From Octopus sinensis (lineage: Eukaryota): a stretch of DNA of 64,000 nucleotides. Numbering within the stretch: position 1 is the stretch's first letter; each line of letters begins with the position of its first letter. The DNA is taken from contig NC_043000.1 of NCBI RefSeq assembly GCF_006345805.1, positions 41,230,001 to 41,294,000 of the forward strand. The letters run 5' to 3'. The position numbers and the translations under genes are program-made. The notes below the pieces were generated by a model. The model did not search any database and had not been told where the DNA came from. It saw only the letters and a program-made list of their open reading frames with translations. Positions 10,727 through 25,865 of this stretch are shown in pieces.

Positions 10727-11465
10727 TATATATATATATGTATGTATGTATGATTCTGTGTGTGCATATATATATATATATATAATTATATAATATATAT
10801 ATATATATACATATCTATATATGTGTGTGTGTGTATGTTTGCGTCCGTTTGTGTGTCTGTGTTTTTTCCATCTCTTACCGTCCTTTTCATAATTGTCTTC
10901 TTTTTACTTTTTGCTTTGCCGCCCAGGTGCCGTCACAAACCCATTTTCCAAAAAAGAATTGAAACTGCGTCACCTCCTCATAACCCTCAGTATAAAGATG
11001 AGAGTGCTCTGTCTCTCTGTCGGTCTCTCTATATATGTGCATTTGTGTGCGCGCGCATGTGTGCACATATATGCCTAAATAAAGGTATACACATGACATA
11101 GATACACATAGCATACAAACATACATATACATGTATATATATATATATATATGCGTGTGTGTGTGTGTGTATGTAATATAATAATATGATATATATGCAT
11201 ACATACACACACATAAGTATACATATATTTATATATACATGCATACGTATATATAAATATATATATTTGTATGTATATATATATATATGTATGTATATAT
11301 GTATATATGTATATGTATATATGTATATGTACATGCATGCATACATACGTGAAGACACGTACATCTATACATACACAGAGTTTGGTCTTTTGTTTCCGAA
11401 GCTAGGCGTCGCGAGAGGTAATTGTTATCCAAAATGCTTAGCTGGCTCCCGAATCGCGACACCCC

Positions 11466-11499
<34 letters not shown>

Positions 11500-12009
11500 T
11501 ATGTATATAAATTTATAAGGGTAGGGGTTTGTATACGGTATGTGTTGGTTAGAGTGTGATGGGTAAACGGTGCCAGTGGTTATGGTGGTGTTGGTGGTTA
11601 GTGTTGATGTTGGTGTTGGTGGCGATGATGCTTATGGAGGACAGTAAAGGGTTTAATGTAGGTTGAAGGAAAGGAACAGGCTATGTTATATTATATTATA
11701 TTATTTGGAAGATTTAAGGAAAGGGAGTTGTCAGAGAAATTGTGAGTCATGGGTAATTGTGGAAAGCGCATAAAATACATTTAAAATGTGTAGGGAGGTG
11801 GGGTGAAAAAGAAAAGAAATATGGAAGTAGTGTAGCTACTTGTGGCGGTAGGATCTTTGCTTTTTGGTGATTTGTTTGATAATGGCGATTGTTGCAGAAA
11901 ATGGTAGCGGTATGAGAGGATGGGTGTTGGGGGTATTTGTGATGCGGCTTATTGTGATGGGCGTTATTGTCATGAAGCTACTTGTGGATGTGAGGGTGGT
12001 TTCTTGGTG

Positions 12010-12065
<56 letters not shown>

Positions 12066-12124
12066 TATCATTGTCATTGTTGTTGCTTTTTGCTGCTGCT
12101 GCTGCTGTGGTTGTCATTATTATA

Positions 12125-12332
12125 AGGCGGCAAAAGGTGGTAAGCTGGTAGAATCGTTAGCGTGCTGGACGAAATGCTTAGCGGTATTTTACCCGTCGCT
12201 ACATCCTGAGTTCAAATTCCGCCGAAGTCGACTTTACTTTTCATCCTTTCGGGGTCGATTAAATGAGTACCATTTACGCATTGACTTAATCCCTTCCCCA
12301 AAATTTGAGGGTTTGTGCGTCCAGTATAAAGG
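12125..12332 (+). mobile_element. SINE family 1
   Basis: Head, B-box and core tcatcctttcggggtcgat. Confidence 0.75.
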
Positions 12333-12350
12333 ATTATTATTATTATTGAT

Positions 12351-12963
<613 letters not shown>

Positions 12964-13016
12964 TCCATACTAATACTACTACTACCTCTGTGGTCTAGGG
13001 GAGGAGATGTGATGTA

Positions 13017-13296
13017 AACATCCTGTCACTGACCCTAACCCTTACCCTAACCCTACACCAACCCTAACCCCAACCCTAACACTAATCCTAACCCTAACCC
13101 TAAATTTTAATCTTTCGTTTTCTTTTTCTTAATTTTCTTAATTCGTATTGTTTAAACTATTTTCCATTGCTTAAGAAAAAAAGCGAAAGGCTAAAACGAA
13201 AGCAATGGAAAATAATTTAAACAATTAACAAACAGAATAATTCAATAATTTTATACACACGCTTTCCGAACGTAAACATAACAGTGACAGGATGTT
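13017..13296. mobile_element. Small element with 15-bp inverted repeats enclosing degenerate (CCCTAA)n
   Basis: aacatcctgtcactg (13017-13031) and cagtgacaggatgtt (13282-13296); telomere-like repeats at 13033-13102. Confidence 0.6.
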
Positions 13297-13541
13297 GTCT
13301 CAGTTTTAGACGCAGCAAATGATTTTAGCTAAATAGAGGCAATCGATTGGTTAAACTTACAAATACGTTAAACTTACAAATTACAATTTTCTCAAGAAAG
13401 CCAAGAGAAAAAATGTTTTATTTTGACACATTCTACCAGTATACGAAGTTTAAAAGTGTTTAGTTAACTAGAAATTGTGTTGAAAACTGCCGTTCAAAAG
13501 GAAAAGATCCCAATGAACTTCATTAGTTAACGGGAGTTAAC

Positions 13542-13757
13542 AGGCGCAGGAGTGGATGTGTGGTAAGTAGCTTGCTAACCAACCACATGGTTCCGAGTTC
13601 AGTCCCACTGCGTGGCATCTTGGGCAAGTGTCTTCTGCTATAGCCGCGGGCCGACCAATGCCGTGTGAGTGGATTTGTAGACGGAAACTGAAAGAACCTG
13701 TCCATATATATATATATATATAATATATATATATATATACTATATATATATATATAT

Positions 13758-13789
<32 letters not shown>

Positions 13790-14038
13790 ATATATTATAT
13801 ATTGTGTTTGTGGTGTGTGTGTGAGTGTGTGTGTTTGTGTGTCTGTGTTTGTCCCCCTAGCATTGCTTGACAACCGATGCTGGTGTGTTTACGTCCCCGT
13901 CAGCTAGCGGTTCCGCAAAAGAGACCGATAGAATAAGTACTGGGCTTACAAAGAATATGTCTTGGGGTCGATTTGCTCGACTAAAAAGGCGGTGCTCCAG
14001 CATGGTCGCAGTCAAATGACTGAAACAAGTAAAAGAGA
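13542..14038 (+). mobile_element. tRNA-derived CORE-type SINE, family 2
   Basis: tRNA-like head (tgtggtaag..ggttccgagttcagtccc), CORE-like tcttgggcaagtgtctt, internal (TA)n(TG)n, tail ..tgactgaaacaagtaaaagag. Confidence 0.85.
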
Positions 14039-15125
14039 GTTGCTTCTGCTGTGTACTTAGATACTGTGTACTTAGAGCTGATTGCTAGTGCATCACCTTA
14101 TAGCTTCCTCGGGGCTTACGAAATAACTTCATATTTAACTTCATATTACGCTCTATACTCAACTAATACTTTATTCTGAAGCATGTGTATCTTGAGTCCT
14201 AACACCAGGTTATTACTATCGCTATGCCAAACGGAAACGATTTATATGTATATCGAACGGAACAGGCATGTTGAAATGGCTACGAAGATTACTTGTTAGT
14301 ACTGCGTTCATCCCTTAGATTTTGGAACTAGCTTTTTTTGCTTATATGTGTGTGTGTATGTGTCGGTGGGTGCGTGTGTGTATGTGTGTGTGTGCGCGCA
14401 TTTATGTAAGTGTATTTACAGACATAAATATATACATATGTCTATAACTGGCTAGGTTCTGTGAATTTAAATGTTTTCAAATCCCACCAGTGTCGTTTTT
14501 GTCTTTCATCGCACCAAGATCGCTAAATATAAGACTCAAACTGTTAATGGGATGATTCAATCGAAACCCTGAAAAGGATGGTGGGCACCCCACTTCCTCC
14601 TATGACTAAGCCATAAAAAAACTACAAATGCACCGCATAGTGCCAAGATGGATATTTATTGTGTACCAAATGTAGGCGAACGCTGGCCTTCAAACTAATG
14701 AGGGAGATGGCGACAACAATCTGCGTGAATCTAATTTCATTTACTGTCGTCAAGATGAAGAGAGTGTATTGGATAATGCAGTCCTTTAAAAGCAATGTAC
14801 AAAAAGACTGTAATGTTTTTATCATAGGTTTATTCACCCACTGCTGACAATTACAACAGTTTATGTATAACTATAAGTGTTTCAAAATTTTAAACTGTAG
14901 GACATAGTATATAATTTTTGTATAAGTTAAAAGCACTTGTGAAACAATATGTCTCTTTAAAAGATATTTCCATTTCTTATATTGCTGATATGGTCAACAC
15001 ACATGCACTACCTAACGTGGAAAACCAAAACAAGACTAACGGACTGTCAAACACACAGACACAGATGGACACGAATATATTGGCCTGTGTATATATATAT
15101 ACATGCTCATACATACGCACGCACG

Positions 15126-15184
<59 letters not shown>

Positions 15185-15935
15185 ACAAAAATACATAGAA
15201 AATCACTTTCACACATATAAGCGCAGACACGAACGTTCGCGCGTGCTATCACACGACATAAAAAGAAATAACAGAGCGAAGCGGGCAGAAAGAGACAGGG
15301 AGAGAGGAAGGAGAGAAAGGAGGTGAGATGAAGGAAGGAAGATGGAGATATATAAAAAAGATAAAAAACATATCGACAAGAAAAGAGAGAGAAAGGGAGA
15401 GAGAATGGAAAAAGAGAGAAAGGGAAAATAGAGATTGACGTGTACATCAATCTCTGTTTTCTCTTTCTAAGAGGCCAGGGAGGAGGGGTCAAGCTTAGTG
15501 TAGTGTGCTGAAGTGTATGATATGGCGTGTGATGTGGCGGGAATGTGGTAGGAGCTTGGTCGCTATGATGAGAGTGTTTTCAATACTGCTATATTATATT
15601 GTTAGAAATTAATTTCTTCCATGGTTGCACTTACCCATTCAACAATTCATTTCTGATGAATTTCCAGACCAATTGTCAAATGGACATGCGTGTGCGCCTC
15701 TGTATGTTTATATGTATGTATGCATGTATGTATGTGTGTATGCATGTATGTATGTATGTATGTATGTATGTATGTATGTATGTATGTATTTATGTATGTA
15801 TCTATGTATATATGCATGTATACATGTATGTATGTAAGAATATGTTATGTATATACATGTCTGTGTTTGTATATGTACATGTATACGTATTTATGTGTAA
15901 ATGTACGTATGTGCACATACACACACGTGTGTATA

Positions 15936-15987
<52 letters not shown>

Positions 15988-17093
15988 GATAGATAGATAA
16001 ATAGATACATACATAATACATGCATACATACATAAATATATATATACATATACATATACACACACACACTCACACGTACACACACACTCACACATACATA
16101 TACACACACATGCATATACACGCACACACATGTGACTGCGTGATTATGTTTACGCCCCTCGAAATAGACTCATATATATTCCTTTTTCTATTCTTTCTGC
16201 TCCTACCGTACCCGGGGTGTGATGTCGATATGATTTCATTTGCTTTTAAAAAAAAATTCGGCCACTGATGTAGACACACACCTAAAAACAACAAGAACAA
16301 GAACAACGGCAACATTCAGAAAGAATGATGAGGAAACATTAAAAGCCAGAATAACTACAAACCATCAGCAACAACAATAGCAACAACAACAACAACAACT
16401 ACATAAAACGACAAAAGGTAACAATATATATCTATAAAAAAAAACCCTCCCACTCAGCTACCGCCAATATTGAAATACAGAGATTGAATAAAAAATATAA
16501 ACGTAAAATGTGTAGAAAAAGAACAAAGACAATGAATACACATTGACAGTAAAGAGAACTTTGAGAAAAAAAAATCATGGAGATACACGGAGGGAGATTG
16601 CTTCAAAGCGCGCGTGTATATACGTGTGTGTTTCTGCGCATGAGGCTGATGTGTATGTAATTATAAAAGGAAAAGTAAGAAGAACGAAAAAACTGAGAGG
16701 GAGGATAGAACGGGTGAAAGCGCTTGGATGGAATGAGCTGCGTAGAGATTGGTTCTTCGGCACATTTCAAGCTTTTAAATGGTCATTTAACGCTGGTGTG
16801 CTCATAGGCGCGTGGACACATGCACGGTCATATGCGCATACGCATGCAGAAACTGTTGTGCATGCAAGTGTTTATATCAGTGTGTGTATGTGTCTGTCTG
16901 TGTGTGCATGTCTACATGTTTGATGCAACAAAGTGGTGGAATAAAACTCAATACATTAGTATAAATATTTCTTTAATCGGCAAAAAGTTACAAAGTTTAA
17001 TAAGCATCATGCACGAAACTGTCGGCCCCTTTGTCACTTTTGTGATCTTTTGCTAATTAAAGAATTAAGGTATTATACATACATACATGCATG

Positions 17094-17138
<45 letters not shown>

Positions 17139-17350
17139 GCATGTATATATATATGTGTGTATAAGAGAACAGAGTGTACGTACGCCGCTATATATATATA
17201 TATATATATATATAATAGAAATATTAAAATTACTAAGTCTCTCTAAAAGAGAACAACGGCAGCGTTCCCGGAAAATATTAGTTATCGCCATACTAATATG
17301 GCATTCTTATAAAAATAAGAAAAAAGCTGACCGCTTATTAGCTCCATAAT

Positions 17351-17665
17351 ACAAAATGGGACAAGAACGCAAAACATCCGGACAACTAGGTGATATAAAA
17401 AGGGACAATAAAGCATCCAGATAGACGATACGAACAAACAAGGACGGGTCATTCGAAGCTTTCTATCCTCAGTCAAGAACCGGATCATCCTCGCAATTAA
17501 TCAAGATTAATCAGCCGAAATTGCGAGGATGACCCGGTTCTTGACTGAGGATAGAAAGCTCCGAATGACCCGTCCTTGTTTTTTGTATCGTCTATTTGGA
17601 TGTTTTGTTGTTCCTTTTTGTATCACCTAGTTGTCCGGATGTTTTGCGTTCTTGTCCCATTTTGT
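17351..17665. repeat. Inverted pair of family A repeats (arms of about 145 bp)
   Basis: 17351-17496 is approximately the reverse complement of 17519-17665. Confidence 0.85.
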
Positions 17666-17675
17666 TTTATATATA

Positions 17676-17728
<53 letters not shown>

Positions 17729-17914
17729 ATCCAAGGATCGAGGTGTAGGAAGAAGCAAACCGTAGTAAATATAAAAATCAACTTTCAGGGACAATTGTGG
17801 TTTTTGAGACAGAAGTTTTGTGTATTTTTTTCTTATCGAAGTACTATGAAGTGAAAAATATTCTTTTATATTTCACGGTAGGCAATCAAGATTACCGGAT
17901 ATGAGAATAAGAAT

Positions 17915-18256
17915 ACAAGAGTTACAGAATGGAGTTGATAAGATTCGGACTATATATGTTTCATAGAGAGCGGAACCTCAGAAGTGGTAAATGTCCAAGC
18001 GAGGTGTATACGGCCGGTTACTCATCATTCCAAGGGTATCTTGATTAAATGAAAGTTTACATTGTCATAAGGTGGTACATGTTAACATATGGAAGATTCC
18101 GATTGACAATGTAAACTTTCATTTAATCAAGATACCCTTGGCCTGAAAAGTAGCCTGCGGTATACACCTCGCTTGGATATTTACCACTTCCGAGCTTCCG
18201 CTCGCTCTGAAACATATGTAGCCCGGATCTTATCTACGCCATTCGTCAACTCTTGC
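17915..18256. repeat. Diverged inverted duplication (arms of about 150 bp)
   Basis: caagggtatcttgattaaatgaaagtttacattgtca mirrored by tgacaatgtaaactttcatttaatcaagatacccttg, with homology continuing outward. Confidence 0.8.
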
Positions 18257-18438
18257 ATTGAGGAAAGAAAACTTCTAATGACCCGTCCTTGTTTTCTTTG
18301 TATCGTCTATCTGGATGTTTTGCGTTCTTGTCGCATTTTGTATTTTTTATATATAAAACATATAGCGGCGTACGTACACTTCCATCTCTTATATGTAGTA
18401 TGTGTGTGTGTATATATTATATATATATATAATATATA

Positions 18439-18487
<49 letters not shown>

Positions 18488-18867
18488 ATATATGTATATA
18501 TATATTATTCATTATTTATATAGACATATATGTATGTATCACGTACCAGTTTGATAAGCGCCAACACACAAATCTTGGCCTTTGAGTCACTCTGTAACTT
18601 CTATCGATTATTGATAAAATATATAGATACTTATATTTTGAATTCTGTTTGTTTCTGCATGCATGGGAAAAATCTATATAGAGAAACGGTGAGAAAAAGA
18701 AATTTCAAGCCACCCTTATGGGTTTGAGTTTTTAATGAAAATAGACCTTATCGTTAAGCTGAAAGCTTTGTTCAGTAAATGCGATATCTATGATCTCATT
18801 AGTCTCAGCTTTTGCTAAATATCGTCATAAATCATTCTCTCACTTCTTTTCACAGAAACATCATTAA

Positions 18868-19283
18868 CTTACTCTTTTACTCTTTTACTTGTTTCAGTCA
18901 TTTGACTGCGGCCATGCTGGAGCATCGCCTTTAGTCGAGCAAATCGACCCCGAGACTTATTTTTTGTAAGCCCAGTACTTATTATATCGGTCTCTTTTGC
19001 CGAACCGCTAAGTGACGGGGACGTAAACACACACCAGCATCGGTTGTCAAGCAATGCTAGGGGACAAACACAGACACACAAACACACACATATATTTATA
19101 TATATATATATATATATATACGACAGGCTTCTTTCAGTTTCCGTCTACCAAATCCACTCACAAGGCATTGGTCGGCCCGGGGCTATAGCAGAAGACACTT
19201 GCCCAAGATGCCACACAGTGGGATTGAACCCAGAACCATGTGGTTGGTTAGCAAGCTACTTACCACACAGCCACTCCTGCGCC
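18868..19283 (-). mobile_element. SINE family 2
   Basis: Full-length reverse-complement copy. Confidence 0.85.
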
Positions 19284-19793
19284 TTTCGATGAAATTATAT
19301 TAATTTACATAACAGAGTTAGTGTTGATTAAATGCATGATTAGGACAAACAAATGATAGCCTGCTTGCAGTTATATTTCTAATTTTCCCAAAGCTGAATA
19401 CAGCTACTGTTAATTAATTAATAAATAAACTAATTAATTATTCAGTTAATTCCTATTGCCAATACATGCACTGTTATACAAATTGGACAAACCAACTTAG
19501 TTCTCTCTGTCTACATATGCTAAATATAGATCTTATTCACTGTCCTGTATGAGGAAAAGAGTGACTAGTAATCTCTGAATAGACATTATCAAATGCTAAA
19601 ACAATACAAATTGATCTTTTATCGATGGAAATGGGAGGTCTATCCCTCGCGAGGGAAACATATAGTTTAACAATGACGATTAATCTTTCACAGCAAGCTT
19701 TATATCTGAGTTTACTGAAAACGTACACACATGAGTTTAGCTTCCTTTTTTATTACTCACATTAATTAATTAATTAATTAAATTCACTTGTCC

Positions 19794-19840
<47 letters not shown>

Positions 19841-19886
19841 TACTTCTAGATCTCTCAAAGAGAGACATTCAGTAACAGTCCTTTAA

Positions 19887-20096
19887 AGTAAAGGCTATTT
19901 GCCAACATAATGTGGCTGTCCTGAAAGGGCCAATGTTACTCTTTCTAGCTGGCTATAGGAAGCTCATTAATGGCAATGCTGGGCTCCCTGTTCGAAAATA
20001 TAAGGACACAGATAGTGTGTCGTATAGCCAGCCAGAAATGATGTTTCTTGAGGCTAAAACGGGATAGCCACATTATGTTGGCAAATAGCCTTTACT
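19887..20096. mobile_element. MITE with terminal inverted repeats of about 35 bp
   Basis: agtaaaggctatttgccaacataatgtggctgtcc versus ggatagccacattatgttggcaaatagcctttact, plus an inner imperfect inverted repeat. Confidence 0.75.
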
Positions 20097-20117
20097 ATAT
20101 ATATATATATATATATA

Positions 20118-20527
20118 TTCTTTTACTCTTTTACTTGTTTCAGTCATTTGACAGCGGCCATGCTGGAGCACCACCTTTAATCGAGCAACTCGACCCCGGG
20201 ACTTATTCTTTTTGTAAGCCCAGTACTTATTCTATCGGTCTCTTTTGCCGAACCGCTAAGTAACGGGGACATAAACACACCAGCATCGGTTGTCAAGCAA
20301 TGCTAGGGAGACAAACACAAACACAAACAAACACACATACATATATATATATATACATATATACGACAGGCCTCTTTCAGTTTCCGTCTACCAAATCCAC
20401 TCACAAGGCATTGGTCGGCCCGGGGCTATAGCAGAAGACACTTGCCCAAGATGCCACGCAGTGGGACTGAACCCGGAACCATGTGGTTGGTTAGCAAGCT
20501 ACTTACCACACAGCCACTCCTGCGCCT
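20118..20527 (-). mobile_element. SINE family 2
   Basis: Full-length reverse-complement copy. Confidence 0.85.
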
Positions 20528-20528
20528 A

Positions 20529-20585
<57 letters not shown>

Positions 20586-20586
<1 letters not shown>

Positions 20587-21765
20587 CTTTATATATATAA
20601 AACTGGGAATGTGTGTCTGTCTGTGTGTTTCCCTAAAACTTGAGAACTACACAACCAATTTCATTCAAATTTTACACATGCCTTACTTAGGGTCCGGGGA
20701 GTGTCATCGGCAAAAAAGAATGTTGAACTTTTTGCCTAGGGCGAGCCCACAGCAATATCATATTTTCTCCACTACGATTCCCTAAAACTTGAGAACTACA
20801 CAACCAATTCCATTTAAGTTTTACACATGCCTTACTTAGGGTCCATGTAGTTTCATGGGAAAAAAATGTTCAATTTCTTGTCTAGAGCGAGCCCATAGCA
20901 ATATCATATCTTCTCCACTATTTCAGTATTACGTGTTAAAAGTGAAACAAAAACGTTTCTCTATTTTATGTCAGATACTTTCACTTTAACAATAAAAATA
21001 AAAATAACAGTTGAATTATATGTAGTAAGTAATAATAAAAATCAAACTAAAGTATAATATAATCGTAACATAACAAAAGTAAAAATAGCAATTGGTATAA
21101 AATTGCATCAATGACTTGAACTTGAATAAGTGGTTTCACATGAATGGGAATAAATTAAAAATAAGATTAGCTTGCAGAAATGGAATAGTCCAGATGGATA
21201 ATAAAAAATTAAATTAAAGAAAAGACTACTGTCTATAAAGTATACAATGTAGAGAAAAAAGACGATTTGAACACATGGAGGAATGCACCTTCGAAAAGTG
21301 TCTTGGTGCGACTATGAAAGGTATCTAATCAGAGGCGGTAAATTCGCCACAATAGAAGCAAGGTTCGAGTCAACGGAGCGTGCGAGGGAGTACTCGACTT
21401 GAACTTGCAAAGTGGAAATATCTTATTTTTACCTTTATATCTGGGACGTAGGACGTCCCGGAAAAACATTTTAAATGCCCTCCCTCCTCCAGATGTAGAG
21501 GTAGGCTGGATTGTAGCTATATTTCTATACAAGAGGGAGGACAAGATACAATTGATCGAAATCACAAGAGACGGGCTAACAATTCCAGTCTGTTATATAT
21601 TTTGAGTATTGTTATCACTAGCGATATCAAGATATAACTTTGTATTTTGTATTTTATGTGTAGATGTATATATATATAGATGTACATGTAGTATGTACAC
21701 ATATATATACACATATATACATGCACTAGCACTATGACCCGGCAACGAGGGGTCTTTAATGCTAG
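20586..21765 (+). mobile_element. Non-autonomous Helitron
   Basis: 5' A|TC tttatatatataaaa start; 3' hairpin GACCC..GGGTC followed by CTAG|T; internal duplication of about 148 bp (20630-20920). Confidence 0.7.
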
Positions 21766-21789
21766 TATATATATATATATATGTATATA

Positions 21790-22661
21790 TCGGGTCTTTT
21801 TTTATACTTCTTTTATTTTTCAAGATTAAGATAAACAAAGTTCTTTTTAAATCTAACATATACTCTCTTTCATTTTGTACAATTCCCTTCCATCTATCTT
21901 GTAGACTTGAAAGGCGCCATTTTTTCACAAAATTCACCTGTCCGTGACGAAAAATGCTACTCCAGTACTATTCTGATCTTGTCTACAGAATTCATATTTT
22001 CCCATCCAAATGATTTTGAAGACTGCAGAATAAATGATAATCAGATGGGGGCAATGTCCAGCGAATATGGTGGGTGGGGCATCATTTCCCATTCATTCTG
22101 CCCCAACCTTTGGAATGTCATCCTCGCTGTATGTGGCCAAGCATTATTCTAATGGAAGAAAGCTTTCATCTTGAAACCAAAGATGGTCGTCTTTAGCACT
22201 GACTTGAATGACTAGTTGAATGACCAAATCCAAGCTTCTCTGCTAGTTCCTCAACAGTTACGATGGAATTTTGTTCCACCAGGATTTGCAAGACGTCTTC
22301 GTTGAGTTCTACAGATTTTCCAGGACGAGGGTCGTCTTCGAGGCAGTAGTTTTCGGTTCAGAATTTCTGGAACCACCGTTGACACTGGCTTACTCTTACT
22401 CTCCGATCCCCTTATACTGCATTAATATTCCTTGTGATTTCAGTTGAGTTCTGCTTTTATTGAACTCATAAAGCAAAATATGCCAAATATGCTCCAACTG
22501 TTAAAATCGAACAGCACTCTTCAAAACATGCACTAAGAATAAGCATAAGGTAAAATTACTACTTGCTTTTACAGCAAGTTGATGGAGGTAGTTTATCCCG
22601 TTCTCCTACGACGTTTAGTTCATGCAATTGAAAAAACCGCATTATTTATAGGATGACCCAA
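21790..22661 (-). pseudogene. Decayed, internally deleted mariner transposon
   Basis: Minus-strand peptides QRWFQKF..LEDDPRPGKS, NNAWPH, WEMMPHPPYSLDIAP/SDYHLF and LQDRWKGIVQNEREY; TIR-like ttgggtcatcctataaataatgcgg near 22661. Confidence 0.9.
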
Positions 22662-23185
22662 CATATATATATATGTGTGTGTTAAAAAACATATATAGTA
22701 AGTGCACAAACAAAAAAACAGACAAAATATCAATCTAAAGAACATAGAGTAAATGCACAGACAAACGGAAAATAGACACGGAAGGTCCCAACTCCTCACC
22801 AGTGATCGGCCATTAACGATTATATGTGTGTGTGTGGGGTGGTGGTGCAGTTGCATATATATGTATGTATAAACTTTTGAAAAGTGTATAAGGAGCTATA
22901 CTATATACATATGCATCAAAGCTCTGATATAATTCTTTTTCTGGATATATATATATACGGACATTATATGTACAAAACTCATCATACACGCTAATGTGTA
23001 TCTGAAGTTCGAACTTTTTATACGCGTGTGTGTGTGTGCGTGTGTGCGCGTGTGTGTGCATGTGTGTGTGTGCGTGTGTGTGTGTGTAAAGAAAAGAATG
23101 AATAAGAGTTACAGTGCCCCCAAGAAACAGAGAGAGGGCTTGTGAAAGAGGGTCTGATTTTTGCACACACACATATTATATATAA

Positions 23186-23273
<88 letters not shown>

Positions 23274-23285
23274 TATTTACATACA

Positions 23286-23326
<41 letters not shown>

Positions 23327-23742
23327 GGGGAAGAGACAGGACGATAAAATATGTGTGTCTGACTACGCGTTTGTCAATATCTGGGTGGGTGTGTGCTTCT
23401 AAGTAAAATCCTTCTGCGTGTGCGAATGTTTTCTGCGTTAGTGTGCGTGTGACCAGCCAATGGGGTGAATTAACGATAATGGCGCGTCGCTTTCGTTTGC
23501 CTTCTGAAGATTATTGTGCGATGTGTACCCTCTGAAGCATTGCTTTCAATTAGATATGGAGAAGTAAATAATATGGTGGAAGAGAGTGATGGAGACGGAG
23601 GTGTAGGGGTCGAACTGGTGGTGTGGCTACAGAACTAAGGGTGGTGAAAAACAAACGAGGTTTTTAGGGAGACGGAGGAAAATGGAGAGAGGAATATGTA
23701 ATGGCATTCTCTAGTTTCCATACACAACAAATCTCTTGGCGC

Positions 23743-23793
<51 letters not shown>

Positions 23794-23923
23794 CGCGCGC
23801 TGCCACTAATATTATGTTATTATTAATTTAGATTTGCCGCTGCTAAGAATAATATCTTTACGAGTATTCATTTGAATATTTACTCACTTGTGTGTCTGTG
23901 TACACATACACATACACACACAC

Positions 23924-23962
<39 letters not shown>

Positions 23963-24849
23963 TACATATATGTATATATATATAATATATATATATATAT
24001 ACAATATATTATATATATAATATAATATATATTATATATACATATATATATATTACATATATATATATATACATATATAATATATATATATATATATATA
24101 CATACATACATGCACACATTTGTGTATATACACACACATATACATATAAATATATGTATATATATATATATATATTATATATATATGTTATGCATATATA
24201 TATATATACAACTATATATACATATATATATATATGTATATAATATATTTACATATATATATATGTTTATGTAAGTAGATATATATGTGTGTGTGCGTGT
24301 GTGTGTGTGTGTGTGCCCGTGTGTTTAAAATCATGCACGCGTCCTAGTGTAAATAAACTTTTTCCGTCTCCATAAGTGAAAGACTTTATTATGCTGCTCA
24401 GTTCTATACTGCTTTACTCTTAACGACCAAAGCGATGAATGAGTCGAGCTATGTACATACATGCATACGCACATACGCTCAGATACATATATCCTTTTCT
24501 ACTCTACTCACAAGGCCCGAAATTTTGGGGGAGCGGGCCAGTCGATTAGATCGACGCCAGTAGACAACTGGTACTTAATTTATCGACTCAATTATTTATT
24601 TATCGACTTTATTATTTCGATGTCATCATTCATTCTAAGTGACACAGATGCAGTTGTGTTAATCTTATAACACAGAATTGATGAAGTAAATTTCTGGCAG
24701 TACATAAACCTCTGTATCCGAGTTGTTTTTTTAGTCTAGATCACTTAGGCCAGAAAAAATATATACTCGATCCCGTTTGTTAATTTTTTTTTCATGGACA
24801 GACAACAAGATGGTATCAAGAGGTTTCTGGACTAATTATATTTAATAAA

Positions 24850-25560
24850 AAAATAACTTATTTATCTCTAAGTTTTAACATCATATTCGAAATAGTCACC
24901 TTGCACAGCAACACACCGGTCCCAACGTTCCTGCCACTTTCGGAATCTGGCCGGGAAGTAATTTTTTTTCTGTTAAAACAGCGACTTCATCTTGGAGAAG
25001 AGATGGAAGTCCGCAAGGGCTAAATCTAGCGAATAGGGCGGGCACGGAAGCGATACCAAATTGTTTTTTTTTTTTCGAGTAAATCACGAGTGAGGAGAGC
25101 TCACTGAAGAATCTAATTCTTCGCACTCCACAGAACGGTCGCTTTCATGAATGCCCTCTCTCAAATGCTTCAAAGCGTCGCAGTAGAACTCTCGATTGGA
25201 GGCCTGACCCTAAGGAATGAATTCTCGACGCACAATATCACATTTCTGGGGGGTGATACCCGTGATGGATCTTCCAAATCGCTCATCGTCCCCCAGGGAT
25301 ACTCGTCCGCTTTTGAAGCGGTCGTGCTACTCCAAACATTGCTTCGAGACATTGACTCGTAGCCTTAAGCTTGTTGCAGCATGCTTAATGACTTTATCGC
25401 AGTCTAGCCAAGTTTAACGAAAAATTTCACGTTGGCTCTTTGCTTCAACTTCCTTGTTCATGAAAAAATCGCAGTCTACAACATATACGTGATCACAAAA
25501 ACACAAATTTGACAACTTGCGAAGTAAATACAGCGATGTCCCTCGGCACACTGCTTCATT
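24850..25560 (-). pseudogene. Second decayed mariner transposon (different sequence)
   Basis: Minus-strand peptides MSRSNV..RFKSGR.SL.DDER.GR, PPYSLDLALADFHLF.KMK and KWQERWDRCVAVQGDYFE. Confidence 0.85.
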
Positions 25561-25865
25561 AAGGAAACTGCTAGCTCTCACTGCGCACGAAAACCATGTG
25601 CTACCTCATATATCTATGATACCACCTCATATATCTATGATTATATTTACTTTTCTCACAAAAACAATTTTCATGAATATTTGCCCGCTACAAATGGAGC
25701 GCAGAGGATCTGTCACAGGCACACGCACATTCTAGATGCCCTCTATATCAAGGGCAAGTCACACTCACATAGATCTACAGAATTAATAAATCACTTCAGT
25801 ATTCAATCTGCAGGACCGTATTTTGAATTTTTCGCACAGTACATGCGACTTCGCATATTTTACGT

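Noticed and set aside
13542-13615. tRNA genes at SINE heads
   Set aside because: A/B boxes are present but there is no intact cloverleaf, and the heads run straight into SINE bodies
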